DNA of 64,000 nt from the human T2T-CHM13v2.0 reference genome, Homo sapiens, in NCBI GenBank assembly GCA_009914755.4, contig CP068257.2, positions 17,088,001 to 17,152,000 of the forward strand. The letters are read 5' to 3'. The stretch's first letter is position 1, and each line of letters starts with the position of its first letter. Shown here piece by piece: positions 13,349 through 28,354 of this stretch. The notes beneath the pieces were generated by a model. The model saw only the letters and a program-made list of their open reading frames with translations. It had not been told where the DNA came from and did not search any database. The position numbers and the translations under genes are program-made.

Positions 13349-16300
13349 ATATTATGGAAAGATAATGTTCTCTTGTTCTAAATCACAAACCAATAAAATA
13401 TTCGTATTCTATTTCAAGCCATACTCATACTTTAACCTAGTCCTTGCACAAGTACAAATACTCCCTCCTTTTTTTTTTTTTTTTACAGAAATTCACATTT
13501 CAGTCTGTCACTGAAATGGGCTGTCAAAAGGCTAGCCCATTTTCTTAATCTAGTTCCTATACAATATACAAATACTGTTTTTTTCCTGAATGCGCATTTC
13601 AGTCAGCTGAGCCTATTTCATTGATATAAATAATTAGGTAGCGGAAACATCTTTTTGAGATGTTTATACATCAACAGAAGTCTCCATTATCCTTTATTTA
13701 TGACCTAAGGGGATAAAAATATGAATCCAAAATTCGTAGGAATACAAAATGGCTGACTCATGCTTCTTGCAAAATGTATGCTTTCCATATGACCATTAAG
13801 AAATAGTGGCTCTACCCCTAGGTCTCTACCGCTATTTCTCTCCTCTCTATCTCTTCGAGCTTACTTACCCTTGTACTCATTCTTCCTTAAAATTCCTTTT
13901 CGTATGCTAGATGTTGATTCATCTCTTGCCATTTTCTACTTAATTCTTGCCTCCCAATAGATGTTACATTCAGAAAAAACATATTTCAGTTACAGAAACA
14001 TGCAACTCTTTCTTACCTAAACATTTTTTTCACTTCAACCACCCTATTCCTTTTTATTTTCCTTTAAAGATTAACATATTTGAGAAACCATCTCTTAAAC
14101 TGTCTCATTTTGGGTTAGGTGGAGGATTTCTAGATAAAACTCAAGACACATAGTAAAATTTGAATTTCAGATAAACAATAATTTTTTAGTATATTACAAA
14201 CAGTGCATGGGTGTGTTTTTTGTGGATATTCAGGGGAGGGGGGTGGAGAGAGGAAAATTTCCCACAATGAATGTAAACTTGTGAGCAGGATAGACCCTAT
14301 GAAGTATAAAATTAGCTCAATGTGAATTAACTTGTATTGCAATACAATGGCATTTCCAAATACAACTTGTATCTACAAAGTGATTTGATATTTTCTGACC
14401 ATGAAAGTTTGGGCACTTAAGCCGTAATTTTGAGAAAAAAATGTATTATATCCTTTCCATTCTGTGAAGTCTGTTTTGAATTTTATTTATGAATGATCTG
14501 ACCAAGTCATACCATTTTCTAGTACAGAAAACTGCTTTCTTGTAGGTTTACTAATAACTAAAAACAGGGCATTTTACTGCTACTGCTAAGTATGATATCT
14601 CACTCTTGCTATGTATTCAGAATGAGTACAGAATCATTTAATCAAAGAGTAAGGTAATATCCACTGAGAAGTTGATGAAACCCTCACATTGTTTGAGGAA
14701 CAGTTTTAATTCACTCAAATTGACATCTGTAACTGATAATCACAGGGCATAATAAAACATTAAAAAAAAATTAACCCTGGTGTTTGCCATTCAGTAATAT
14801 AACAGCATCTAGTTCCCTATCAGTATCATTAAATTCAAATAAAATACAAACTAATATTCACTTCAACCTATTTTCTACAGTGAATATTTGAAATATTTTC
14901 TTTAAAAAGCTAAATGTAGTGATAAATCAGATTACAACACTGTAAATTCTTTATGTTATCTTTAAAAAGCTTGCATATGTTTCACAGATATTTATTACAC
15001 ATATATACACATAAGAAAGATGTTTTAATGGAGGAAAAAGTTTAAATAATTTGATGTCAACCTAATAAAATATCATTAATTGTATGGGTGTTCACCTCTG
15101 GCTGGGGGCATAAGGCTCCAGATGATTTTAATGTTCTTCCTTGCTGAGCAACATTTTCTAGATAGTCTGTAATCAACACATTTTTAGCCAGTAATAAGAA
15201 ACATATTTCTTAAAATAGTTTAAAAAATATTTTACCTTTTATTACTCATATCATTTGCCAGAGGCCCAAATACATATAGATCCTATTGAGCTGTCTGTGC
15301 TTAGGAAACCGAGAATGTGAAACCTGCTGGATGATGAAATAGCAGGGAAAGCAATAATTTATTTCCTAACAAGCTATATATAAGTCACTTCTTGAGTGAA
15401 GAATAGGTCAATTGTACTTTGTTTGGAATTGTTATTTATGTTTTCAAGTGAATATGTTTAACATTTCCCCAGAGTCCCTTTCTGTAGTTCTTAATGATTT
15501 CAGCTATTTATTAGCATATGCTCCCAGGCTAAACCAAAATATTCCAGGGGATGAATTTCTCAGTTTTGTAAAAAAAGTGGATTTGTGCAAGAAAACACTG
15601 CCCTCAAGCCTCTGTGCTGAGAAATTAATCTCTACAAACATAGAGAAATCCCCATTGTTCAAACAAGTTCTTAGGGCACAAAACATGGAAAATAACCTGA
15701 ACTTCGTCATCACCACTAGAATATTTTTCTATGTTTATCTGTTGAAAATTACATAGCATGTCTAATAGGACACTTTCTAAATCTGTGAAATACTATGCAA
15801 CTTTAAATGAAGCCACTTTTACTCTGATGAACTGCCACATGGCAAAGCAAGGACATAAAAATCCATTCAAATAGGTGTTATAAAACAGATTTATTAAAGA
15901 ATGTATTACTAAAAAATGTAATACCAAGGGACAAACAGGCATACACAGATATTGAAATATAATTAAAATTATTACTGTATAGTCCTATTAAATATATGAC
16001 AATTGCAAAATACTCAACAAATACAATATTTATAGGCACATTTTTTGTAACGATTATATACACTCACATTTTAGTACTCTCTCATATTTCACTGTGATTA
16101 TAAATAGAACTACTCAAATATATTTGTTTCTTCCAAACCAGTTGTTAAGGCTAAAATGAGACACAAAATAAATGATCGGAATAAAAATATCAAAGTCCCT
16201 TTTATATTCATTAGAAATTGTTTTCCTTGCTGTCACCCAAAGTTTCACACATATCTCAGAAGTTGAATAATGGGTTTGTTAGAATTCTGTCCTCTAAATA

Positions 16301-17280
16301 AGAGTCCTCTACCTTTACTTACATACAATGCAAGGTAGGTCAAAAATCTCTCTTCTTTAGAACACAATCATATTGAACAAAAGTTCTATATACTCTGTTA
16401 CTATTTGCTTATCTTCCACTTACTTTCAGTTTATTTTAACCACTCACATCCCACGACTACACTGAGACCCCTTCTTTTATGATCATGGATTAATTTCTTG
16501 TTAAAAAAACTCTCTGAGCCTTGCTTAATTGCTGGAAACATCTGAAACTTCCTCCCCTTTGATCTATTTGACATTCTTAATTACCATCAGGACTGTTTAA
16601 CTAGGCCTTTCTCATTCCTCAGTCAAGATTTCCCTTACCTTAAGTGCTGGGCTTCTCAGACGTCTGACTTCATGCTGTGTTCTTCCCACTCCACACATGC
16701 ATCCTTGGCAATTATACTAATGGCTTCACTATTTATAGTATTTGGAGGTAGGTCCATATTTAGGTCACTACTTTGAATCATCCTCTCCATTTCTGAAGGT
16801 TTATTTTCTGGATAGTTCCACAAAGAATTTTCATCAGGCAGCTTATACTCCGTATGTTGAAAGTGGTCTGTCTCCTCTTCAATTCACAAACTAACGCAGT
16901 CAGTGACTCGATTTCAGCCGGTTGCAGAAACCAGTATTCTGAAGGAATCTTTGACTCTTCGATCTCTCCAGACACAGTGAACTACCAAGTCCTCTCAATT
17001 TAACTTTCCGAATATTTCTTGAGTTTGCACTCTTCTCTAGTCCACTGATGCCATCTCAGTCAAGGCAAACATTATTTCTTGTCTAGATGATGGCTAACAA
17101 AACTCCCTCCAACTTATCCTTCACATAGCATCGAAATGCATAGTTGATCATGAGATGCCATGGCTTGAAACTTTTAAAGAAACTTCTCATTGTGCTTTAA
17201 AAAAATCTACTTGATATTATGTAAAAGCTATCTATGATATGGTTCATTGCTCATGCCTTTACCTAAAGAATCCCTTAATT

Positions 17281-18070
17281 AAATTCCTTGCAGAAATTAT
17301 GTATATTATATGTATATATATAAAATGTATGTGTGTCTATATACATTTATATGTAATGTGTGTGTAAACATATACACACATTATATATAAATACGTATGT
17401 GTATCTACAGACATATATATTAAATTCCTTGCAGTAAATATATAATGCATTATATATCAATTAATTATAATAATATATACATTACACATTTAATTTACAT
17501 ATGTATTACGTATATGTAATGTAATTATATATAATTTTATATATATTACATATAATTATAATTATATATAGATCTTATATATAATCATATATTATATAAT
17601 GCATATAATTATATAATGTAATATACAGTATATATAATTATATATTATATGTAATATATTATGCATATAATTGCTATAATGCAGCTCCAATATTTTCCAA
17701 TATGATAAGGCCAAATTGTGTATAATTCTGGTTTTAATTTTTATTTTCCTATTAATGAAGTTAAGCATTTTCACATAAATCTTTATGACACATATATAAT
17801 ATGTGTATATATATGTGTATATATTATATATAAATTTATATATACACATATATGCACATATATACACTTATATACATATATACACACATATAAACATATA
17901 TACACATATATACATATATACACGTAAATTTATATATATACACATACATATTTTAAATCTGAAGTTGAAATATATATGTGTATATATATTTAAATTTATA
18001 TATGTGTATATATATTTAAATTTATATATATATACACATATACATATTTTAAATCGAAGTTGCAAACTTA
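17281..18070. repeat. AT-rich low-complexity minisatellite block: TA/TATG/TACA-rich with about 95-bp higher-order units.
   Basis: Dense tatatgtatatata...catatatacacatata repeats. The unit catacatattttaaatctgaagttg...tatatatttaaatttatatatg recurs at about 17945 and 18040. The Y/I-rich ORFs at 17592-18090 are translation artefacts of this repeat. Confidence 0.85.
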
Positions 18071-19502
18071 TCTCAGTTCTCATATATTAAAGTACCAATC
18101 AGCTTAGTACCAGAGGCATATGGGTCTAGTTATATTACTATTATCATCACCATCATCATCATTTTTTTTTCCATGATGAGCCTTAAGCCATGTGAAACTC
18201 ATGGGCACAAAAGGTAAAACTTTAATTGACTATTACCATGCTCACCACTTTTAAAACTTTATCTAGACTTTTTAAAAAATATGTCCTAAATTTGCAAAGT
18301 GTTTGAAGGATTTTCTTTTTCAGTTTGAGCCAGAACCTTATAAAAGACTGGTTATAATCTAACTACAGCTAGGAGAGATACATTTCACTGACACTGCCAG
18401 CATCTTCTATGCGATGATTCATTTCCACAACTGAAGAAAACACTAACCTATGAATCTTGGGTTTTTTTCTTAATAAATCAGTTCCTAATTATCCCTCTCA
18501 TCTTTGATCTTCTATGTAAAGCACTATGTTCTCCTTTCTTTTACATTTTGATCAAAATAGTTATTTTTCTGAATTGCTTGTAATTTTAAAAGTATAACAC
18601 ATGTGTAGCTGATTTTTCTTTTATCCTACTGTGGTATTAAAATCTCATTCATATATACACAACATGGATAATGAGTAGGGGGCTTTTAGAAAAAAGCAAA
18701 AATAAACACTATATATTACCACCTAGTTTAAAATATCAAACATTAATGATAACTTTGAAACCTTTTCATGATCACATTTTGTATCTAACACCCAGAGCTA
18801 TCCATATTTTTGAATGTCTATTTCATGTTACCTTGCTTTCTACTGAGTTTTACAAATGGACTTATTTGCCTGTTTTTGTACATTATACAAATGGTATCAC
18901 ACTGTATGAATCCTAACATGGCTTATATTTTGTTGACTAATATTATGTTGTAGAAGTTACCTATGTTTCTGTGTGTGGCTATAGTCCAGTTTCACGGCTA
19001 TACAGTATTCAGTTTAATGAATAGCCAAATTTATTCATCCATTCTCCTCTTGGTTGAAAATTTACTTGTTTATATATGTTTGCATTTACAAATGATTCTG
19101 CTAGGAAACCTCTTCTGTCTCATGTTGAACTTCTAATTGATTAATATATAGGGTACTTCCTCAGAAAAAAAATTTGCTGTAGAAGGGGGTATGCATGTGT
19201 TATAGAAAATACCAATTTTCTGGCCAAATTATTCCATATTCTGTTGAACCCTCCCATGAGCAGAATATGATCTCCTGAGATTCCAGATCCTCATCAAATC
19301 TTGCTACAATGCAGCTACAATATTTTCTCACCAATGTGCTAAAGCCAAATTGTGTATAATTCTGGTTTTAATTTTTATTTTCCTGTTAAGTAATGAAGTT
19401 AAGCATCTTTACATAAACCTTCATGACTCATATAAGGGATTTCTTTGTAAAATGTTTGATATCTTTTATTCATTTTGTATTACATTGTCTAATTTCTACT
19501 AA

Positions 19503-20410
<908 letters not shown>

Positions 20411-20744
20411 CTATGTTATTATTCTCTAAAAGTATAATTGTGAGATTTGTCCTCAGACTAATTTTAAGAAAATAAGCAGTCCACAGATGAATTTTAAGAA
20501 AACATCAGAGCAACTCAAATTGAGAAACACTTTACAGAATACCTGACCAGTACTCCTCAAAACTGTGAAGGGTATAAAAACAAAAAAGACTAAGAAATAG
20601 TCACAGACCAGATAAGATTAAGGGGGCATCACAGTAAAATGAAATGTGGCATCCTGAACTCAGTTCTGGGATAGTGAAAGAACATTAGTGGAAAAACTTG
20701 TGAAATCAAAGAATAGGAGTTCAGTTAATGGTAATGTACTAATG

Positions 20745-21370
20745 ATGGTGTCAACCTAAAAGTGCCTGAGACAGGTCTCAATCAATTTAGAGGTTTATTT
20801 TTCCAAGATTGAGGATGTGACCAGGGAAAGAGACAAAATTTACAGTGGGATCTGTGGGATGCACTTTTTCCAAAAAGAGTTTTAAGGAGCTCAATATTTA
20901 AATGGGAAAGAGCAGCAGGAAGGCAAAGAGGGAAGAAAAATGGAGAGAAGGGTAGGTAGTGAGGTCAGCAAATACATTCTTGAGAGGCTTTGATTAATGC
21001 TCACTGAATCCACATTTTACATGTTTCTCAATTTAAGATTCTGTGATGTTTTTCTTAAAATTGGTCTGAAGAATTATGATTTTTGTAAAATTTAGTCTGG
21101 GGACTAATTCTTATAATTATTATTTTGGGGAAGAATAATGTGTAATTTCACATGTGAAAAGAAAGAAGTGGGGGAATAAGTTAATTATGCATTCATCTAG
21201 CACTCGATAGGTCTACATTTTACATAAGATAAAATAAGTATGTGTAATTACAGCTATCTGTTGAAAAAAGGAACTCAGTTTTTTTTCGATGACTCAGTCC
21301 CTTAGCTTAACTTTTACCTTTGGAATGGTGACTTTGGGGTCCTGAGATTTTATTTTTTTTCACAATGGTT
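20745..21370 (+). repeat. LTR-like repeat, copy A of a pair. The family is not assigned.
   Basis: Its start (...aacctaaaagtgcctgagacaggtctcaatcaatttagaggtttatttttccaagattgagg) and its end (...ctcagtcccttagcttaacttttacctttggaatggtgactttggggtcctgagattttattttttttcaca) match the start and end of copy B at 22745-23172. The middle portions differ. Confidence 0.45.
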
Positions 21371-21449
21371 TCTTAGTTGTGACAATTTTAATATAGTTAT
21401 TATTTTAGAAACACGGAAAAATCTTGCCTTCAGGAGCTGACAAGCACAG

Positions 21450-22600
21450 GAGGGAGGCCAAGGAGGGCTGAGGGCCACTCAGTGCTTGCCTGAAGGCACC
21501 TCTTGGCATGACCAGCCTGGGTGCCACGAACTGCAGCAGGAGGCAGACAGGCTCCTGGGTGGGAAGGGGTGGGTCCCCAATGAAGCCCCATCTTCAAGCA
21601 ACGGAAGGCCTGAATTCTGGGGACTGGGCTGCCAGCTCGGTGGACCAGAGTGGGAACTTATAGTGCTTTATCTGAGCCCACCCATGGCCACTCATGGACC
21701 AATCAGCATGCACTTCCTCTCCTCTGAAGCATATAAAAATCCCCAAACTTAGCCAGGCTCAAAAAGAGAAAGGATGACCAACTGTTGAGAGGAGCTATCC
21801 ACTCCAGGGTCTCCTCTCTGCTCAAAGCTGAGAGGATGACAGGACAACCTGCCTGCAGAGAGGAGCTACCCACTCCAGTGTCTCCTCTCTAATGAGAGCG
21901 GGACACTCATCAGGACACCCTGGCTGCAGAGAAAAATCTACCTACTGTGGGTCTCCTCTGAGCTGTTCTATCACTCAATAAATCTCCTTTTTACCTTGCT
22001 CACCCTCCTTTTGTCCATGTGCCTCATTCTTCCTAGGCACAGGACAAGAACTCAGGACTCACTGAATGGGGGCGCTAAAAGAGCGCAACACAAACAGGGT
22101 TGAAATATGCCCCTTGGTCACCATGTTGCAGATGACAAGAAGGAGAGAAGAGCTATGGCCCTTTGAGGAGCCCAGACTTAACGAGTTCCCTGAGCCAGGG
22201 CTGTGATACCCTCTTGGGGCTCCAAGGCATCTCCAAGCTTCTGGGTGTCTCCAAGCTTCCAGGTGCCACCGCCTTCCCCAGTGCCAGCTGTGGAAGCTGC
22301 TTGCTCTATTCCTGGTCCAGCTGAAGCCTCACAGGGAGCTGGTGCCCATGCCACTGCAGCCAGCACGCTTGGCTGTGCACAGTGGCCAGACCCACGCTTG
22401 CTTGCTCACACATGCTTGCTTGCCCTTACCGCTGTGCTCACCCTTGGATGCATAGGATCCAGGCCAGTAACGTGAGCTGAGCACAGCCTTCCAGGCCAAG
22501 TGAGCCCAGTGGGCCTGAGCAAAACTTGGGCACAGGTGCCACTGGCCACAGAGGTTTCTGGCTGGTGAAGTTGACATCCCAAGGATCCTGTAACACTTCC
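21450..22600 (+). mobile_element. Class I ERV LTR (MER4/MER51-like, family uncertain) plus an adjacent GC-rich leader-like sequence.
   Basis: It has a CCAAT-like box (ccaatcagcatgc), a TATA (catataaaaatcc) and a poly-A signal (tcactcaataaatctcc). Three tandem units of about 70 bp (gagaggagct.cccactccag.gtctcctctc...) occupy 21790-21960. The same family signature recurs at 46380-46700. Confidence 0.55.
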
Positions 22601-22744
22601 TATTACATTATATTAGTAGGTATATGGTATTAGCCATATTAAATCAATGTGATGTAGGCATCTTGCCAGAAAGTATTTACTATCTTAATGGCATGCTACA
22701 AACACATCACAATTCACTAATTAATTGAAATGTGAACCTCAAAT

Positions 22745-23490
<746 letters not shown>

Positions 23491-24352
23491 AGATATCTGC
23501 TTTTTGAAAATATCCTTTACTTGGATAATGATGCTTGAAATTGCTGACTGCTGAAAATTAATTAGCTTTTGGGCCATCAGAGCAAGTGGGAATGTAATTG
23601 AGTTCTGTATAGACCAGGGTGTTTCTAAAAGTGTCTTCTTAGGAGAGTTCTAAGGAGACATTTTTTTTTCTCCTCTTTCCATCGAGCACAATAGGTAAAA
23701 CACACAAGTTTCTCTGCCGTTTCTCTTTGTATGAAGGGCTTATTTACCCTGAAGTTTCAACACTCAAGGGCCTCCGCTTGATGCAAAGACCCGAGGCTCT
23801 GTTTCCTTTCCCCACATGGCCACTGAAACAATGCCTCCAATGACTGGGTGAGGCTCACACCCTCAGGGCAGCCCCTGGCACCAGTAACTTCCTATCTCTC
23901 TGGAGTCCTTTGTCTCATGCTGGCCGGATATTACTAGGTCATCCATATGTTTAAAAATTCATTAAAATATATTTTATTCAGCACTTAAATTTTTTTTCTG
24001 TGTTAGAATTATTTTAGGATCTGCTGTTTGCTATGCTTTCTGTTTTTACACGTAATTTCTTCTCAATATTTTCTTTACACCTTCCATGATCCATCTCTTT
24101 CAAAAGATGGTTTAATAATTTATTTTTAGTATCTATTTTGACATGTTACCTTGCTCATGTTTAAGGTTTTCCATTAATTACTCAAAGAAAGATAAAGTAG
24201 GGTAAACAGTGAATAAGAACAGAGAAAATGGGATTGATACCAGCTACAGGTTGAGCATTACCAATCTGGAAATTCATAATTTGAAATATTCCTAATTCTG
24301 AAATTTTCTGAGCACCAACATGATACCACGGGTGGAAAATTCTACCCCTAAC

Positions 24353-25132
24353 TCTTACCGGGGGTCCTTGCTCACAGAGCTCCTCAGATGGTGGCGAGCC
24401 ACTTCCAAGATGGTGGTAGGCCACTTCCAAGATGGTGGCTAGCCTCGTGTTCTCTGACCTGGGGTTCTTGGCCTCACAGATTCCAAGGAATGGAATCTTG
24501 GGCCGTGCGGTGAGTGTTATAGCTCTATTAGAAGCCATGGGTCATGGAAGAGAACCGTGGAACCCAGTGACTAGTGTTCAGCTCAATTAGGATGAACCTG
24601 GGCACTTAGCCGTGCAGGAACAACGGCAAGCCTTTAGCCCAATCAGGATTGGCAATGGGTGCCTCGCTGGTTCAGGAGCACAGCGGACAGCCTGCCGGAT
24701 CCGGAGGGATGGGAGTCAGTGGCAGGTCTGCGACAGCGGCAAACAGCAGTGGTGGAAAGCGAGCGAAAGCTCAGCTCGAGCCGTAACAAACATGGACCAG
24801 AAGAATGCAGTTGCAAGATTTAGTAGAGTGAAATAGAGTGAAAACAGAGCTCCCATACAAAGGCAGGGGACCCAAAGGGGGTTGCCGTTGCCAGCTTGAA
24901 TGCCTGGGTTTACATCCTGATCCTTGTCCCTCCTGCTGTGCTCTCAGGCAATAGATGATTGGCTATTTCTTTACCTCCTGTTTTTGCCTAATTAGCATTT
25001 TAGTGAGCTCTCTGACTGGTTGGGTGTGAGCTAAGTTGCGAGCCCCATGTTTAAAAGTGGATGCGGTCACCTTCCCAGCTAGGCTTAGGGATTCTTAGTC
25101 AGCCTAGGAAATCCAGCTAGTCCTGTCTCTCA
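24353..25132 (-). repeat. 3' LTR of the HERV provirus (LTR17-like), about 780 bp.
   Basis: In sense it begins tgagagacaggactagctggatttcctaggctgactaagaatccctaagcc and contains ccaatcagagagctcactaaaatgctaattaggcaaaaacaggaggtaaagaaatagccaatcatctattgcctgagagcacagc. It carries three 18-bp repeats of ccaccatcttggaagtgg and ends ...gagctctgtgagcaaggacccccggtaaga. Confidence 0.75.
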
Positions 25133-25899
25133 GTACCCGCCCTCAACAGGAAAACCCAAGTGCTGTTGGGGAGGTTGGCCAATGACAGCTCTAACTGCTT
25201 CCTGCTGAATTGGGGCATAGTAGGGGTTGGGCAGTTGTGATTTCCTTGGGAGGGGTGCCTTCGATGTCATTAATATCGGAGCATGGGCTAGCAGGCCAGT
25301 CTAGGGGCCCGCGGTGGATCTTAGTCATGGACTGCATCTGGGGCCCCATTTGAAGAACTATTTGTAGTTTTACAGTTTTGATTCTGGAAGAGACAAACTT
25401 AACAAGGAGGTTAAAGATACAGGGATTGAAATGTATGGCCTGCAGTGCAGGGGATTATTTCTTTGGCATACTTCACAGGCCCTGACTATCTGCTTGATAG
25501 TTTTGAAAAGGCCTGGTCCAGTAAATAATAATTTGGCCATCTGATGGGTGCTATCAATGCCTAAGTGGAAGGTTTGGTGATAAGTAATTTCTATTGGTTA
25601 GCTGCAGACAAAAGTATTTCTCCTTCTTCAGTGGCTAGCCATCTGGAGGGGAGGAAAGTATGTCCTTGTGAGGTTCCCTATTCTATTTTTCCTGCTGAAT
25701 GCTGGGGCTTGGTTTCCTGGAGGGGATTACCCTATACTAGGGGTCCTTCTATAAGCATTTCTAATGGAGGGTCCTGCCTTGCGGCTCTTTTGACTTGAGT
25801 ATCCGCTTGGTGGTTCCTTTCTATTTTCCTTTCTTTTCCTTTCTGATGACCTTGGCAGTGTAAGATTGTTACCTCTTTAGGTTTCTGTACAGCCAATAA

Positions 25900-28150
25900 T
25901 AATCTCCTAATGGCTTCCTGATGTTTGATACGTGTTCCTTCGGAAGTTAGGAATTCCTTTTCTCTCTACATTGTTGCATGGGCATGGAGGAGTAGGTAAG
26001 CATGCTTAGAGGCTGTATATATATTTACCTTTTTTCTTTCTCCTAATTCTAGTGCCCAAGTGAGGGCTATTAGTTCTGCCAGCTGAGCACTAGTTCTTGG
26101 AGTGAGGGGATTACTTTTAAGTATTCCATTATCACTGACCACTGCATAGCTCACTTTTAGAAGTTTCCTTGTAGAAAAAGGACTTCAATCAGTATACAAG
26201 TTGAGGTCAGGATCAGTCAAGGGAAACTAAAAGGTCCCCTCTAGTGGCATAGGTTTGAGCAATTACTTGTTGACAGTTATGTTCTAACTTTTCTTCATTG
26301 TCTGAAAGAAATGTGGCTGGGTTAAGAGTTGCACAAGTGCGCAGTCGCAGCACTGGCCCTTTAAGTAATAGAGCCTGATATTTAAGTAAATGGTTGTCTG
26401 ACAGCCACGAGTCTCCTTTAGCAGTGAGTATGCCATTCACATCATGAGATGTTCACACAGTAAGATCCCTTCCCTGTATTATTTTAACTGCTTCAGACAC
26501 TAAGACTGCTACTGCTGCCACTACCCGTAAACAATGAGGCCAACCCTTTGCCACTACATCTATTTCCTTACTTAGCTATGCCACAGGTTGCAAGCTCATC
26601 CTTTGGACCCGTGTAAGGACTCCTAGAGCTATTCCTGTTTTTTCTGTGACATATAAAGAAAAGTCTTGCCCGGTTGGCAAGCTCAACACTGGGGCTTGGG
26701 TTAGGGCCTTCTTTAGGGCCTGGAAAGCCGCTTCTGCTTCAGGTGTCCATCTTACTAAATGGGTATTGGCTTTCTGAGTTTCCTTAATTAGTGTATATAA
26801 TGGTCTGGCTATTTCGCAGTACTTAGGAATCCATATTCGGCAGAAAACTGTTATGCCAAGGAACCCTCTTAGTTGCTTTAGGGTTTTGGGATGAGGATAA
26901 GCCAGTATAGGCTGGATACGTTCCTCACTGAGGGCCCTGGTGCCTTTGGATAATTTTAGCCCTAAATATTTAACCTGCTGTGAGCAGAGCTGAGCCTTTC
27001 ATTTGGAAACCTTGTAGCCACAGGTAGCGAGGAAATTAAAGAGTGCTTGGGTGGCTTGATGGCACAAGGTTTCTGAACGGGTGGCTAAAATTAAATCATC
27101 CCTGTACCGAAGGAAGAGTGTCCAGGTGTGAGAATTGGCTCAAGTCATGGGCTAATGCCTGGCCAAATAGATGGGGGCTATCCTTGAACTTTTGGGGTAA
27201 AACAGTCCAGGTGAATTGAGACGTTGGGTTCGAAGAATCCTCAAAGGCAAACAAGAATTGAGAGTTAGGATGTACAGGGATGCAGAAAAAGGCATCTTTA
27301 AGGTCCAGAACTGTAAACCACTCTGCTTCCTCTAGTATTTGGGAAAGCAGAGTATAAGGGTGAGGTACAGCTGGGTATAGAGGGACAACGGCCTCATTGA
27401 TAACCCTGAGATCTTGCACTAACCTCCACTGTCCGTTGGGTTTCTGTACTCATAAAATTGGAGTATTGCAGGTGCTACTGCATGCTTTTACTAGGCCTTG
27501 GGCTTTTAGGTCCTTAACAATCTTTTGGAGTCCTTGTTGGGCCTTGGGTCTAAGGGGTACTGCCTTTGGTAGGGAAAGGAGGTGGAATCCTTTAGTTTAA
27601 CTTGAACAGGATGGGCATTCTTTGCTCATCTATATTGTCCCTCCGTTGCCTAGACTTCAGGATTAATTCCTTCCTCAAGCAGGGGACAACAAATGGGTGT
27701 TCCTTCTCCTATGTTCAGGTGTATAATGGCCCTTGCTTTTGCTAGAATGTCTCTCCTTAATAAGGGAGTGGGGCTTTCAGGCATAATTAGAAAAGCATGT
27801 GAAAAGAGTAAAGCTCCACAGTCACAGCTTAGTGGCTGGGAGAAGTATCTAGTGACTGGCTGTCCTAGGACTCCTCAGATAGTGACAGATCTGGAGGACA
27901 GTTGTCTGGGACAGGAGAGTAAGACTGAGAAGGCCGTGCCAGTGTCCAGGAGACAGTTAACCTCCTGGCCCTCAATGGTCAAGCATATCTGGGGCCCTGT
28001 GAGGGTGACAGCATGGGCTGGCACTTGCCCCGGGCACCCTCAGTCCTGCTGCTGAATCATCTAGTTAGTGGCTTCTGACTCAGAGGAGCTTCATCCCCTG
28101 GGGCAGTGGACCTTCCAGTGATTCCTTTGACAGAAGGGGCATGGACGAGG
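25900..28150 (-). pseudogene. ERV pol pseudogene: reverse transcriptase, connection and RNase H, with the start of integrase. Interrupted by stops and frameshifts.
   Basis: The minus ORF at 27096-27419 carries the RT motif YTVLDLKDAFFCIPVHP...FAF...QFTWTVLPQKFKDSPHLF. The ORF at 26213-26440 has the ...LKYQALLL...TLNPATFL...EHNC connection region. The ORF at 25966-26154 has the RNase H motif SAQLAELIALTWALE...VNIYTASKHAYLLLHAHA. All match gammaretroviral (MLV-like) Pol. Confidence 0.8.
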
Positions 28151-28354
28151 GGGGAGCTTACTTCTACTTGGACAATCTTTTTTTAAAGTGTCCTTGTACA
28201 CCGCACTGGAAGCAAGCCCTATTAGGCATTCGATTTGCCCAGCTTTTCCCTTTTCCAGAGCCTCCAAAGTCCACTTGCCTGAGGACCATGACTAAAGCGG
28301 TGGTCTTTTTTTTTATCCCATTTGTCCCGTTCCGCCTACTCCTCCTGATCTCTA

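Noticed and set aside
17592-18090. Several overlapping Y/I/C-rich ORFs on both strands.
   Set aside because: They are translations of the TA/TATG/CATA minisatellite and have no coding potential.
24395-24450. Three evenly spaced 18-bp direct repeats (ccacttccaagatggtgg...) that superficially resemble a tiny repeat-spacer array.
   Set aside because: They are the known tandem motif inside the HERV LTR. They are present in both LTR copies, the units are contiguous with no spacers, and the context is eukaryotic.
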